The translations under genes and the position numbers were made by a program. Under the pieces are notes generated by a model. The model did not search any database and was not told the origin of the DNA. It saw only the letters and a program-made list of their open reading frames with translations. Below, one piece after another: positions 36,118-44,898 of a DNA stretch of 64,000 bases (positions within the stretch are counted from its first letter, which is position 1; every line of letters begins with the position of its first letter). Location: contig JBHJOI010000080.1 in NCBI GenBank assembly GCA_050329935.1, forward strand, positions 437 to 64,436, read 5' to 3'. This DNA comes from Thiotrichales bacterium (GTDB taxonomy: Bacteria; Pseudomonadota; Gammaproteobacteria; UWMA-0217).

Positions 36118-38049
36118 TCATGAGGGTTGCTCCGCGACGCCGCGTAGCGTGGCTATTTCCGCGCGTGGCTCGACCTGCCCCGCGGGTCCTGGCCCGGCCG
36201 GATCCGCAGGGTCAATCGTGTCCGTCGCTGACCCGGCGCTCAGACCTTCGCCATTCATGATCGCATCGATCTGCTCACGATCCAGGGTCTCAAACTCCAC
36301 CAGCGCGGCAGCCATCTGGTGCAGACGATCCAGATTTTCGGTGAGCAGGCGGCGACTGCGTTCGAGGTTACGCTCGATGATCAAGCGCACTTCGGCATCC
36401 ACCTGCTTGACCGTATCGTCGGCCATATGTTTGCGTTGGGACACCGACTGCCCCAGGAACACTTCGCCCTCTTCGTCCTCGTAGGCAAGCGGACCAAGGT
36501 TATCGGAGAGCCCCCATTTCGTGACCATGTTGCGCGCGATCTCGGTCGCCCGGTGGATATCGTTCTGCGCACCCGTAGTCACCGCTTCCTCGCCAAAGAT
36601 CAGCTCCTCGGCGACTCGGCCACCGAACAGGCTGGAGATCTGACTCTCAAGATAACGCTTGCTGGCGCTATACCGATCCTTTTCCGGTAGAAACACCGTC
36701 ACGCCAAGCGCACGTCCACGTGGAATGATCGAAACCTTGTGGACCGGATCATGCTCTGGCACGAGCCGACCCACGATGGTATGCCCTGCCTCGTGATAGG
36801 CCGTGAGCTGTTTCTCGGTCGGACTCATTGCCAGGCTGCGACGCTCGGCACCCATCATGATCTTGTCCTTGGCGCGCTCGAACATTGCCATCGTAACGAC
36901 CGACTGACTCGCACGGGCGGTCAACAATGCCGCTTCGTTGACCAGATTGGCGAGGTCGGCGCCGGAGAACCCAGGCGTGCCGCGCGCGATCGAGCGCGCA
37001 TCCACGTCATCGCCTAGTGCGATCTTGCGCATGTGGACCTTGAGAATCTGTTCGCGCCCAACGACGTCAGGCAAACCGACGACTACCTGTCGGTCGAAAC
37101 GACCCGGGCGCAACAGGGCCGGATCGAGCACATCGGGGCGGTTGGTCGCGGCAATGACGATCACACCCTCGTTCCCCTGGAAACCGTCCATTTCCACCAG
37201 CATCTGGTTCAAGGTTTGCTCGCGCTCGTCGTGTCCACCGCCCAGTCCAGCGCCGCGCCGGCGTCCGACCGCATCGATCTCGTCGATAAAGATGATGCAC
37301 GGCGCCTTCGCCTTGGCTTGCTCGAACAGGTCGCGCACACGAGATGCGCCAACCCCCACGAACATCTCGACGAAGTCCGAGCCGGAAATCGAGAAGAACG
37401 GCACCTTGGCCTCGCCGGCGATTGCCCTTGCCAACAGCGTCTTACCGGTGCCCGGCGGGCCAACTAGTAACACGCCGCGTGGAATGCTACCGCCGATCTT
37501 GCGGAACTTATCGGGATTACGCAGAAAATCCACCAACTCGGCAACTTCCTCACGCGCCTCATCGACACCGGCGACATCGGCCAAGGTCACCTTGACCTCG
37601 CCTTCAACCATTTCCCGCGCCCGACTCTTGCCGATATTGAAGATGCCGCCACCCGCGCCACCCTGGAGGTTTTTGCGCATGAACCAGATCCAGACGCCGA
37701 TGATCAACGCGATCGGCAATAAAGAAAGTAGCAACTGGCCCAGGAAGCTGGGGCGTTCGGCCGCGAGCGCGACGATTTCGACCTTGTGTGCCAGCAGATC
37801 GTTGACCAGCCCTGGGTCGTTGGGCTCGATTGTCTGGAAGCGCGTGCCATCGCCGCGTTCGCCGCGAATGCGCTCGCCTTGCACCTCGACCTTGCGCACG
37901 CGTTCCTGTTTCACCTCGCCGATGAACTGGCTGTAGCTGATGGTTTCACCGCCGGAATCCCGCTTGGGGCCGCCAAACAGCGATATCGCGAACCACAGGC
38001 TCGCAAGAATGACGAACCAGTTCACCGCGTTCGCTTTAGGTTTCTGCAT
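36118..38049 (-). CDS. ftsH: ATP-dependent zinc metalloprotease FtsH (probable paralog)
   Basis: Two TM helices, [35 protein letters not shown] and HEAGH. Confidence 0.96.
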   Translation of the reverse strand: MQKPKANAVNWFVILASLWFAISLFGGPKRDSGGETISYSQFIGEVKQERVRKVEVQGERIRGERGDGTRFQTIEPNDPGLVNDLLAHKVEIVALAAERPSFLGQLLLSLLPIALIIGVWIWFMRKNLQGGAGGGIFNIGKSRAREMVEGEVKVTLADVAGVDEAREEVAELVDFLRNPDKFRKIGGSIPRGVLLVGPPGTGKTLLARAIAGEAKVPFFSISGSDFVEMFVGVGASRVRDLFEQAKAKAPCIIFIDEIDAVGRRRGAGLGGGHDEREQTLNQMLVEMDGFQGNEGVIVIAATNRPDVLDPALLRPGRFDRQVVVGLPDVVGREQILKVHMRKIALGDDVDARSIARGTPGFSGADLANLVNEAALLTARASQSVVTMAMFERAKDKIMMGAERRSLAMSPTEKQLTAYHEAGHTIVGRLVPEHDPVHKVSIIPRGRALGVTVFLPEKDRYSASKRYLESQISSLFGGRVAEELIFGEEAVTTGAQNDIHRATEIARNMVTKWGLSDNLGPLAYEDEEGEVFLGQSVSQRKHMADDTVKQVDAEVRLIIERNLERSRRLLTENLDRLHQMAAALVEFETLDREQIDAIMNGEGLSAGSATDTIDPADPAGPGPAGQVEPRAEIATLRGVAEQPS

Positions 38050-38319
38050 GATGTCCTCGTCGTGTGGAGCGTCGCCTCTGCACGTAATGGGGGCAGTCTA
38101 AGTCGAATAAACCCCCAGGTTGTTCTGTTTCAACGACTCAATACATCGTAAACTCCTGCGCATTGCGACCAAACGCTCAATCTCGCCCGAAGCGCCGTGA
38201 AGAAAATTCCACCGGTGTGCCTTACCGTGGCCCCAGCGCGGAAACCTCGCGTGACCTCGATCGGAGCAGAGTGATCGCGTGCAGGTTACAAATGATGGGG
38301 TTCGTGAGCGCAACGCTCC

Positions 38320-38406
38320 GGGTTGGGCGTGAGGTGCGTGGATGCGTGGGCCGCGGCCGTCGCGTTCACAGAAATGATTTCACACTATCACCGGCCTACC
38401 CAACCC
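38320..38406. repeat. REP/MITE-like element with GGGTTGGG...CCCAACCC ends (copy 1)
   Basis: 8-bp terminal inverted repeat; the ends resemble those of the element at 56793-56852. Confidence 0.45.
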
Positions 38407-38474
38407 TGAGCAGCTTTCAACCCTCGGCGCGGCGTCCTCGTCTTTCAGGCAGGAAGCCGTCCCGCGGCATGGAT

Positions 38475-38828
38475 TCAGGGCCGTCCGGATTCCGGCGTTG
38501 CACCCGCCGCGTGCGAACGACGTCGCGTTACCGGCAGCGCTACGCGCCGCGCGAGCGTGCGTCCAGCGCGGGCGACCGCGCGGTCGAAGGCCAGGTACAT
38601 ATCGGACTGCACGTCCTCAACCACGATCTCGGGCATGCCAGAAAGTCGGATCTCGATTTTGCAGACCTTGTCGAGCCCACCCTTGGGCCCGTTCACGTCA
38701 GACAACCGGACGATGACCCGTGTGATGCGATGCCCGACCCGCGCCATAATCATACGCAATCGAAGGTCGATGTGTTTCCGTAGGGGTTCGGTGAGGGTGA
38801 GGTGATTTGCCTGTAAGTCGATGTGCAT
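38475..38828 (-). CDS. HPF/RaiA family ribosome-associated protein
   Basis: MHIDLQANHLTLTEPLRKHIDLRL...VRLSDVNGPKGGLDKVCKI...DMYLAFDRAVAR. Start taken at ATG 38828. Confidence 0.85.
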   Translation of the reverse strand: MHIDLQANHLTLTEPLRKHIDLRLRMIMARVGHRITRVIVRLSDVNGPKGGLDKVCKIEIRLSGMPEIVVEDVQSDMYLAFDRAVARAGRTLARRVALPVTRRRSHAAGATPESGRP

Positions 38829-39088
38829 CTGGCGCCTGTGTCGATCGTTGATTCCAAATTGAACTCGCGTCGTTCCGCGCGAGGCGTCGAGCAGATCCCA
38901 TTCAGCCGCACAAACGCGGTAGCCGTATATCACTATCAAGGCACCACGATCACTCAGAAATGCTGCCCCGTAGCCACACGCGTACGCCGTTTCGCCGTCG
39001 CCTGGTGCCAGAATCCGCTCGTCCGCGCTCGCGCCGTGCTCGCCGCGCACTAGGCGGCTTGCGACAAGACGCGTCAAAGTCTATTTGC

Positions 39089-39152
39089 AAACTAACGCCG
39101 CACGGACCGAGCGACTACTCAAATCTGACGTCGATAGACTCGAAATAGTCGA
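39089..39152 (-). promoter_or_regulatory. LysR-type box and -10-like hexamer upstream of the HPF-like gene
   Basis: TCGAaatagTCGA palindrome at 39140-39152 and minus-strand TAGTTT at 39089-39094. Confidence 0.5.
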
Positions 39153-39180
39153 AGCGTCCACCGCGCCCAAGGCGGCTGCA

Positions 39181-39684
39181 TCAGTATCCGGCGCCTGCCG
39201 CGGGCTGACCACTGGCGTGGGTTGGAATGATCGGTGCATCGGCGGTCAGGTTGACTTTGAACTGGATCTTGTTGGTCATGCCCATCAGTTGCTCTCGGGT
39301 CGAACCGGAGAACCAGATGCGCACGGGTTGGTACACCCCGTCATCGACCGCGATCGTCAGCGGTGTATCACCGCCCGCGACGACGACTTCGAACTGGTGC
39401 TCGCCCGGCGTGACCACGACGACACGATTGTGCTTGGTCGCACCCTCGTCCCGATTCTTGCGCGTCATACCTTCGAACACGCGCTTGCCGCCTTCGATGC
39501 GGTAGATCGACGCATCGACCTTGTATTTCTCCTGCACCGGGTCATCGCTGGGTATGTAGAACTCCACATACGCCTTTGGCCCCGCGATGAAGTGCTCCTC
39601 GCTGGGCTCGCCGCAACCGGCCATGCCCAGCAGCACGATCGGCATCAACAAGCCCCACGTTTGCTTTTTTCCTATCCTCACCAC
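39181..39684 (-). CDS. Putative lipoprotein of unknown function
   Basis: Basic N-terminus, hydrophobic stretch and lipobox MAGC; beta-rich mature part (VTPGEHQFEV). Confidence 0.6.
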   Translation of the reverse strand: MVRIGKKQTWGLLMPIVLLGMAGCGEPSEEHFIAGPKAYVEFYIPSDDPVQEKYKVDASIYRIEGGKRVFEGMTRKNRDEGATKHNRVVVVTPGEHQFEVVVAGGDTPLTIAVDDGVYQPVRIWFSGSTREQLMGMTNKIQFKVNLTADAPIIPTHASGQPAAGAGY

Positions 39685-39875
39685 TCATGACTCCGAATGT
39701 GCTTGAACGCCGGGTGATTATCCCTCAGACCCACTGGTTATCGCGAATTTCGCCGCCACCCGCGGCGCTGGCAACAACAGCGCTCTCCACGGTGGAACTC
39801 AGGACCGCGATCGGATCCGCGGCATGCCGGGTTTGACGACCCCTTCGCCAGGCGCGAACGCTCAAGGCGCTGAAA

Positions 39876-40538
39876 TCATTCGCCAACCAGTAGCACGATC
39901 AAAACCTTGGGGCCGTGTACGCCGTAAGCCAAGGTCTGTTCGATATCCGCCGACTTCGACGGTCCGGAGACCAATAACGCGTTGGTCGGCATCGCGGCGA
40001 CCCAATTCTGGCGCGCGCAGGCCTCGGCAAAAGTAGAGAATAGCTTGTCGACCTCAAGCACCGCGATATGCACCGGCGGCACCAGCGACATCAGGCGCGG
40101 TTCGTCCGCGGTGGGCCAAAGGATCAGACTGCCGGTTTCGGCGACTCCACCCAGCGTGCTCGTCAACGCGGCGTCGACTTCGGCAAACAGCGCCTGCTTC
40201 CATGCCTCGATCGGGTGCTCGTATCGCTTCGCGGGCGGTAGCGCCGCACCCGCTCGGGCCGCCGCATCGAGCGCTTGCCCCCACGGCGTCGCGCTCGCAT
40301 ACAACAGGTTGCGCAACTGCAAGCGCGCGCTGACCGCAACGCAGGCATCGATCCAGTTCGCGCGCGAGGCCGGAATCACCTCGGCTCGCACCGCAGTCAT
40401 ACGCTCGGTGAAGCGGCGCACTTTTTCCTCTGTATCCCAATCGAACCTGCGCACCGGGGCGCGGATCAGGGTCTCGCCGCCGGCGGCGAGACGCCCATCG
40501 CGCAAGCGCGCGAAAATGCGGTCGCGAGCGTCACTCAT
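39876..40538 (-). CDS. lutC: Lactate utilization protein C (LutC/LldG)
   Basis: GVAETGSL, RLMSLVPPVH and SGPSKSADIEQTLAYGVHGP. Confidence 0.9.
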   Translation of the reverse strand: MSDARDRIFARLRDGRLAAGGETLIRAPVRRFDWDTEEKVRRFTERMTAVRAEVIPASRANWIDACVAVSARLQLRNLLYASATPWGQALDAAARAGAALPPAKRYEHPIEAWKQALFAEVDAALTSTLGGVAETGSLILWPTADEPRLMSLVPPVHIAVLEVDKLFSTFAEACARQNWVAAMPTNALLVSGPSKSADIEQTLAYGVHGPKVLIVLLVGE

Positions 40539-41949
40539 GATCGAACCCCTGTTGCCGCGCGAGGCGATGCAGGGATCGCTCGGCCAGGCGCGGTGCGGCG
40601 CGCGAGCGGGTCCATGCCCCTAGGCGCCGGGGCACCCAATGGCGTAGCCAAGCCGCAAGCCAAGTGCCCAGGCGATAAACCGCCGGATGCGCATGCACCA
40701 GCGCCCATCCACGCCAGATCAAGGCCTCACCCGCATGACGTCGACTCCCGTGACCACGCGCCCCCTTGCCGTCGGCACGTACCGCATCGAAACGCAGGCG
40801 ATTGATCAGATTCGGTAATGGAATGCGAACCGGACACACTTCGCCGCACGCGCCACACAAGGTCGACGCCGAGGTCAGTTCGCCAATCGCGTCCAGGCCT
40901 TCCTTTTGCGGTTCGAGCACAATCCCGATCGGACCGGGGTACACCGTGCCATAGGCATGACCGGATATCCGCGTATACACCGGACAGTGATTCATGCACG
41001 CGCCACAGCGGATACACCGTAAAGTCGCCTGCAACTCCGGATCGCCATAAATCGTCGACCGGCCGTTGTCGAGCAGTACCAGATGAACCTCGTGGGGGCC
41101 GTCCTTTTCGTGTAGCTTGCGGGGCCCGGAGATCATATTGAAATAAGTGGTGATCGGTTGCCCTGTGGCGGAGCGGGTCAACAGCGTAAGTAACGGGGGA
41201 ATATCCGCGAGACACTCGACCACCTTCTCGATGCCGGTCACCGCGATATGCACCGCAGGCGCGGTCGTGCTCATGCGCCCGTTGCCTTCGTTCTCGACCA
41301 GGCACAGCGTGCCAGTTTCGGCGACCGCGAAGTTCACTCCGGAGAGCCCGACTGGCGCGGTGCGAAACTTGTCGCGCAGCAACTGGCGCGCGTTTTGGGT
41401 TAGCTGGTCGATATCGTCCGAGTAAGGGATGTGCGGAAACTTCTCGCGAAACAGCTCGGCGACCTGGTAGCGATCCTTGTGAATCGCCGGTGCGACGATG
41501 TGCGAGGGCGGCTCATGGGCTAGCTGGAGGATGAACTCGCCAAGATCGGATTCCAGCGCCTCGATGCCCTGTTCCGCGAGAAAGGCGTTGAGCCCCATCT
41601 CTTCCGAAACCATCGACTTGCCCTTGATGATCATGCGCGCGTCATGCCGGCGCATGATCCCGAGGACGATGCGGTTGGCGTCTAGGGCCGTCTCGGCCCA
41701 GTGCACCTGGATGCCATTGGCGCTGCAACGCGCTTCGAGTCGTTCCAGCAACCCGGGCAGATTTCGCAACGCGTGGGCGCGAATCTCCAGGCCTTGCGTA
41801 CGCAGACGTTCGAGCTCTTCGCGATCGGGAAATTGGTCCAGTCGGCGGGCCATGAGCCCGTCCATCGCGCTGCGAAAATTACGTCGCACCCGCGCATTTG
41901 CAAGTGCCTCGTCAATTCGCTGTCTAAACTCGCCAGGGCTGGATTGCAT
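40531..41949 (-). CDS. lutB: Lactate utilization Fe-S protein B (LutB/LldF)
   Basis: KGKSMVSEE, PSHIVAPAIH, ENEGNGR, CIRCGACMNHCPVY and LCGACGEVCPV. Confidence 0.92.
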   Translation of the reverse strand: MQSSPGEFRQRIDEALANARVRRNFRSAMDGLMARRLDQFPDREELERLRTQGLEIRAHALRNLPGLLERLEARCSANGIQVHWAETALDANRIVLGIMRRHDARMIIKGKSMVSEEMGLNAFLAEQGIEALESDLGEFILQLAHEPPSHIVAPAIHKDRYQVAELFREKFPHIPYSDDIDQLTQNARQLLRDKFRTAPVGLSGVNFAVAETGTLCLVENEGNGRMSTTAPAVHIAVTGIEKVVECLADIPPLLTLLTRSATGQPITTYFNMISGPRKLHEKDGPHEVHLVLLDNGRSTIYGDPELQATLRCIRCGACMNHCPVYTRISGHAYGTVYPGPIGIVLEPQKEGLDAIGELTSASTLCGACGEVCPVRIPLPNLINRLRFDAVRADGKGARGHGSRRHAGEALIWRGWALVHAHPAVYRLGTWLAAWLRHWVPRRLGAWTRSRAAPRLAERSLHRLARQQGFDHE

Positions 41950-42165
41950 TCGGGTTGACCGCTGGTTGTCGTTTGCTCGGCGCAACTCCGGTATCGGCCA
42001 CGCGTTATTCGCAAGCCGATCACGACCGGGGCACGGGCCGGTTCGCGCCCGCCGCGCGGACCTACCGCTCGTCTCGACTACGGGACGCGTCGGCTACCCA
42101 AGTGTAATCGACGCAGCGCATCCCGCCATATCACCCCCCGCCCCGACTACCGGTGCGACGTTGCG

Positions 42166-42609
42166 TCAGCTCTTGCTTTTCTGCGGCCGTCCCGTCTTGA
42201 TCGGCAGGAGTCGCGCCAGATGCTGTTTGACCTCTTCCGCCGGCAACCGCGCGATCATCGCGACACCGATGCGCAGGATCTCGCTTTTCTTTATGCTGAA
42301 GCCGTCGCCCAGGCAACCGCGCTTGATGTCGTCGATCTGCGCATACTCGAACTCAGGCATCGTGAAGCTGTCGCGAACCACTTTCGGCTTCTTGAATTTG
42401 GCCGGCTTTTTGTCTTTCTTGGGCTTTTTGGCGACCGCCTTGGGCGCCTCTTCGGCAATAGCCGAACTGGCGGCATTGACCTCGGCGGGCGGTTCCACTT
42501 GCGGCGCTTCAGCGGGCACCGTTGATGCCACGGCCGCTACGTTGTCGGACTTGATCTCCTGGACTTCGTCAACGGTGTTGGATTGCTCGTTGTTTTCGTC
42601 TTTCATCAT
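42166..42609 (-). CDS. Hypothetical protein with Lys/Ala/Glu-rich region and probable ribbon-helix-helix-like C-terminal domain
   Basis: KKPK repeats followed by VVRDSFTMPEFEY...IKKSEILRIGV...KTGRP; GGAGG RBS. Confidence 0.75.
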   Translation of the reverse strand: MMKDENNEQSNTVDEVQEIKSDNVAAVASTVPAEAPQVEPPAEVNAASSAIAEEAPKAVAKKPKKDKKPAKFKKPKVVRDSFTMPEFEYAQIDDIKRGCLGDGFSIKKSEILRIGVAMIARLPAEEVKQHLARLLPIKTGRPQKSKS

Positions 42610-42618
42610 AGGCCTCCA

Positions 42619-42645
42619 AAACTATATATACCGTTTATATAGTTT
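42619..42645. promoter_or_regulatory. Palindromic operator candidate
   Basis: Perfect 10-bp inverted repeat AAACTATATA-N7-TATATAGTTT just upstream of the RBS of 42166..42609. Confidence 0.65.
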
Positions 42646-42753
42646 ACACTACCTGCGATCGACCCGAGCAACTCGACCCCAGGGCTTGTCAGGTATTCCC
42701 ATCCGTTAAGAGTGATGAACATCCGGCGACCAATGCGAGTCGGAAGCCGCCGC

Positions 42754-43341
42754 TCAAGTCAGTTGCCCACCGAGGTAGGCCTTGACCAACGCGAGTAGCC
42801 CAAACACCATGAACAACGAAGCGGCGGCCCGATGCATCCAGACCTGCGGCAATCGACGCATCACGGTGATTCCGAGCAGAATGCCCAGCAACGAGACGGC
42901 CCAAAGCGCCAGCGTGCCGCCGATAAAAACCGAAATCAGTTCACCGGTTCCGCTTGCCAACGCGACCATCGCCAGTTGTGTCTTGTCTCCCAGCTCAGCA
43001 AGGAAAATGATCGCGAAGCTGGCCAATAACGCATTCCGCACCCGTCCGGTAACATCGCCGTCACCGTCGCCTTCATTGGAATCGCTCCAGGCGCGATACG
43101 CAAACACCAGAAACAATACACCCGCCACGATCAAAACCAGCCGCTGTGGCACGTAGCGGAACAGTACCGCGCCCAACAGCACAGCCAGCAGATTCAATGC
43201 CGCGAATGCGAGAAACACACCTCCGATCACGGGCCAGACTCGGTAGCGATGCGCCAAGGTCATCGCCATCAGTTGGCTCTTGTCGCCCATCTCCGCAAGG
43301 AACAGCAGGCCAAATGAAGACAGTATGATTGAAGGATCCAT
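42754..43341 (-). CDS. TMEM165/GDT1 (UPF0016) family Mn2+/Ca2+ transporter
   Basis: Two signature motifs, EMGDKSQ and ELGDKTQ; about 6 TM helices. Confidence 0.92.
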   Translation of the reverse strand: MDPSIILSSFGLLFLAEMGDKSQLMAMTLAHRYRVWPVIGGVFLAFAALNLLAVLLGAVLFRYVPQRLVLIVAGVLFLVFAYRAWSDSNEGDGDGDVTGRVRNALLASFAIIFLAELGDKTQLAMVALASGTGELISVFIGGTLALWAVSLLGILLGITVMRRLPQVWMHRAAASLFMVFGLLALVKAYLGGQLT

Positions 43342-43532
43342 GACGAAAACGACCCGGTGATTGGTAGACCCGCCCTCGGTTGCGCGGAACACCGGAGCGA
43401 GTGATTCGACCGTTTGCGCCGGCGCGCGGATTGTAGCCGATGCCTGTGCCAATCTCGAACCAAGCTAGCGTTCGCCTTACATCCATTGCGCGGACGCCGC
43501 CGAGAGTGTAAGGCACTCCGAGTTCGGTTGGC

Positions 43533-43568
43533 GGGAGCGACGGCCGCGTGGACGCGGCCGTCGCTCCC
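43533..43568. repeat. Perfect 17-bp GC-rich hairpin, REP-like
   Basis: GGGAGCGACGGCCGCGT-gg-ACGCGGCCGTCGCTCCC with no U-tract, between divergent genes. Confidence 0.6.
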
Positions 43569-43787
43569 CCAGGGGTGCGTTCACGGGTCGCCTGCCTACC
43601 TGGCCGGGAGCCAAACTGCCTTTGAATCGGGCACTTCGCGTTAAGGCGCGCTGGTATCCCGCCGCCCAATCGCGTGACACAAGTGCCTATCGTTGCCAAG
43701 ACCAGATGCCGCGGCCTCGAATCCACTCGGCCGAACGGATCACCGGATGCGTTTATGCTGGATCGATCTTCAGTTTAGCGACCTTAA

Positions 43788-43855
43788 ATATCGATATCAT
43801 CGATATCATATAGCGAATAATATCGTTTGATTGACCTGAAACGACTTCGTATAGT
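43788..43855 (+). promoter_or_regulatory. Sigma70 promoter with upstream LysR-type palindrome
   Basis: ATATCGAT-atc-ATCGATAT at 43788-43806; TTGATT (43827) -17 bp- TATAGT (43850). Confidence 0.65.
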
Positions 43856-43888
43856 CGAGCCACAGGTTCACCCAGTCGGAGAGAGGCC

Positions 43889-44221
43889 ATGACTGCCACC
43901 ACATACTACACGCTCGATAATGAAGGCTATTTAATAGATCCCGAGGACTGGACCGAGGCCGTTGCTGACATCCTGGCCGAACACGAGGGGATCGCGTTGA
44001 CCGCCGAGCACCGTCAGGTTCTGCAATTTATGCGTGTTTATTGGAGCGAGCACCGCATCGCGCCCGATGTTCGCCACGTGATCGACCAGCTCGCGCGAAC
44101 GCAGGGTATCGGAAAGACACTCGCCAAGGAGCGTCTGTTCAAGCTGTTTCCCTACGGCTACGTGCTACAGGCTTGCAGAATCGCCGGGATGCGACGCCCA
44201 CGCGCGTGGAGCACGGGCTAA
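43889..44221 (+). CDS. DsrC/TusE family sulfur relay-like protein lacking the terminal Cys
   Basis: LDNEGYLIDPEDW, LTAEH, LFKLFPYG and ACRIAGMRRP; ends in RAWSTG. Confidence 0.88.
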   Translation: MTATTYYTLDNEGYLIDPEDWTEAVADILAEHEGIALTAEHRQVLQFMRVYWSEHRIAPDVRHVIDQLARTQGIGKTLAKERLFKLFPYGYVLQACRIAGMRRPRAWSTG

Positions 44222-44261
44222 ACCACTGGACCGGCAAGGCCACGCACCGTGGCGCTAGACG

Positions 44262-44885
44262 CTACCCGGAAACGGCAGGCAGCATACCCTCGCGAATCAC
44301 GAAATCAACGACTTCGGACACGCCCTGTCCCGTCCGTAGATTCGTGAACACGAACGGCCTATCGCCACGCATGCGCCGGGTATCGCTTTCCATGACGTCG
44401 AGCGACGCCCCGACATACGGGGCGAGATCGATCTTATTGATCACCAGCAGGTCTGATCGCGTGATGCCAGGACCTCCCTTGCGCGGAATCTTTTCGCCCT
44501 CGGCCACATCGATGACGTAGATCATCAGGTCCGCGAGTTCCGGGCTGAAGGTCGCCGACAGATTGTCGCCGCCACTTTCGATGAACACGAGATCGAGATC
44601 GGTAAACCGACGCTGCAGATCCTGCACGGCGGCTAGATTCATCGATGCGTCTTCGCGGATCGCGGTGTGCGGGCAACCCCCGGTCTCGACGCCGATGATC
44701 CGCTCCGGTGCCAAGGCTTGGCTGCGGATCAGGAACTCGGCGTCCTCACGGGTGTAGATGTCATTGGTGACGACCGCGATTTGGTACGCGTCACGTAGCC
44801 GTTTGCATAGCACGTCAAGCAAGGCCGTCTTGCCGGAGCCCACTGGCCCGCCGACGCCGATACGCAGGGGTGATGTCTGCTGCAT
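44262..44885 (-). CDS. ureG: Urease accessory GTPase UreG
   Basis: [23 protein letters not shown] and NKID. Confidence 0.96.
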   Translation of the reverse strand: MQQTSPLRIGVGGPVGSGKTALLDVLCKRLRDAYQIAVVTNDIYTREDAEFLIRSQALAPERIIGVETGGCPHTAIREDASMNLAAVQDLQRRFTDLDLVFIESGGDNLSATFSPELADLMIYVIDVAEGEKIPRKGGPGITRSDLLVINKIDLAPYVGASLDVMESDTRRMRGDRPFVFTNLRTGQGVSEVVDFVIREGMLPAVSG

Positions 44886-44898
44886 GAACCGTATCTCC

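Noticed and set aside
38050-38140. Sigma32 promoter for ftsH
   Set aside because: GTTGAAA and CCCCAT both occur on the minus strand but about 36 bp apart instead of 13-14.
43342-43620. yybP-ykoY Mn2+ riboswitch upstream of the GDT1 transporter
   Set aside because: Expected from context, but I could not find its characteristic conserved segments; an Rfam scan would settle it.
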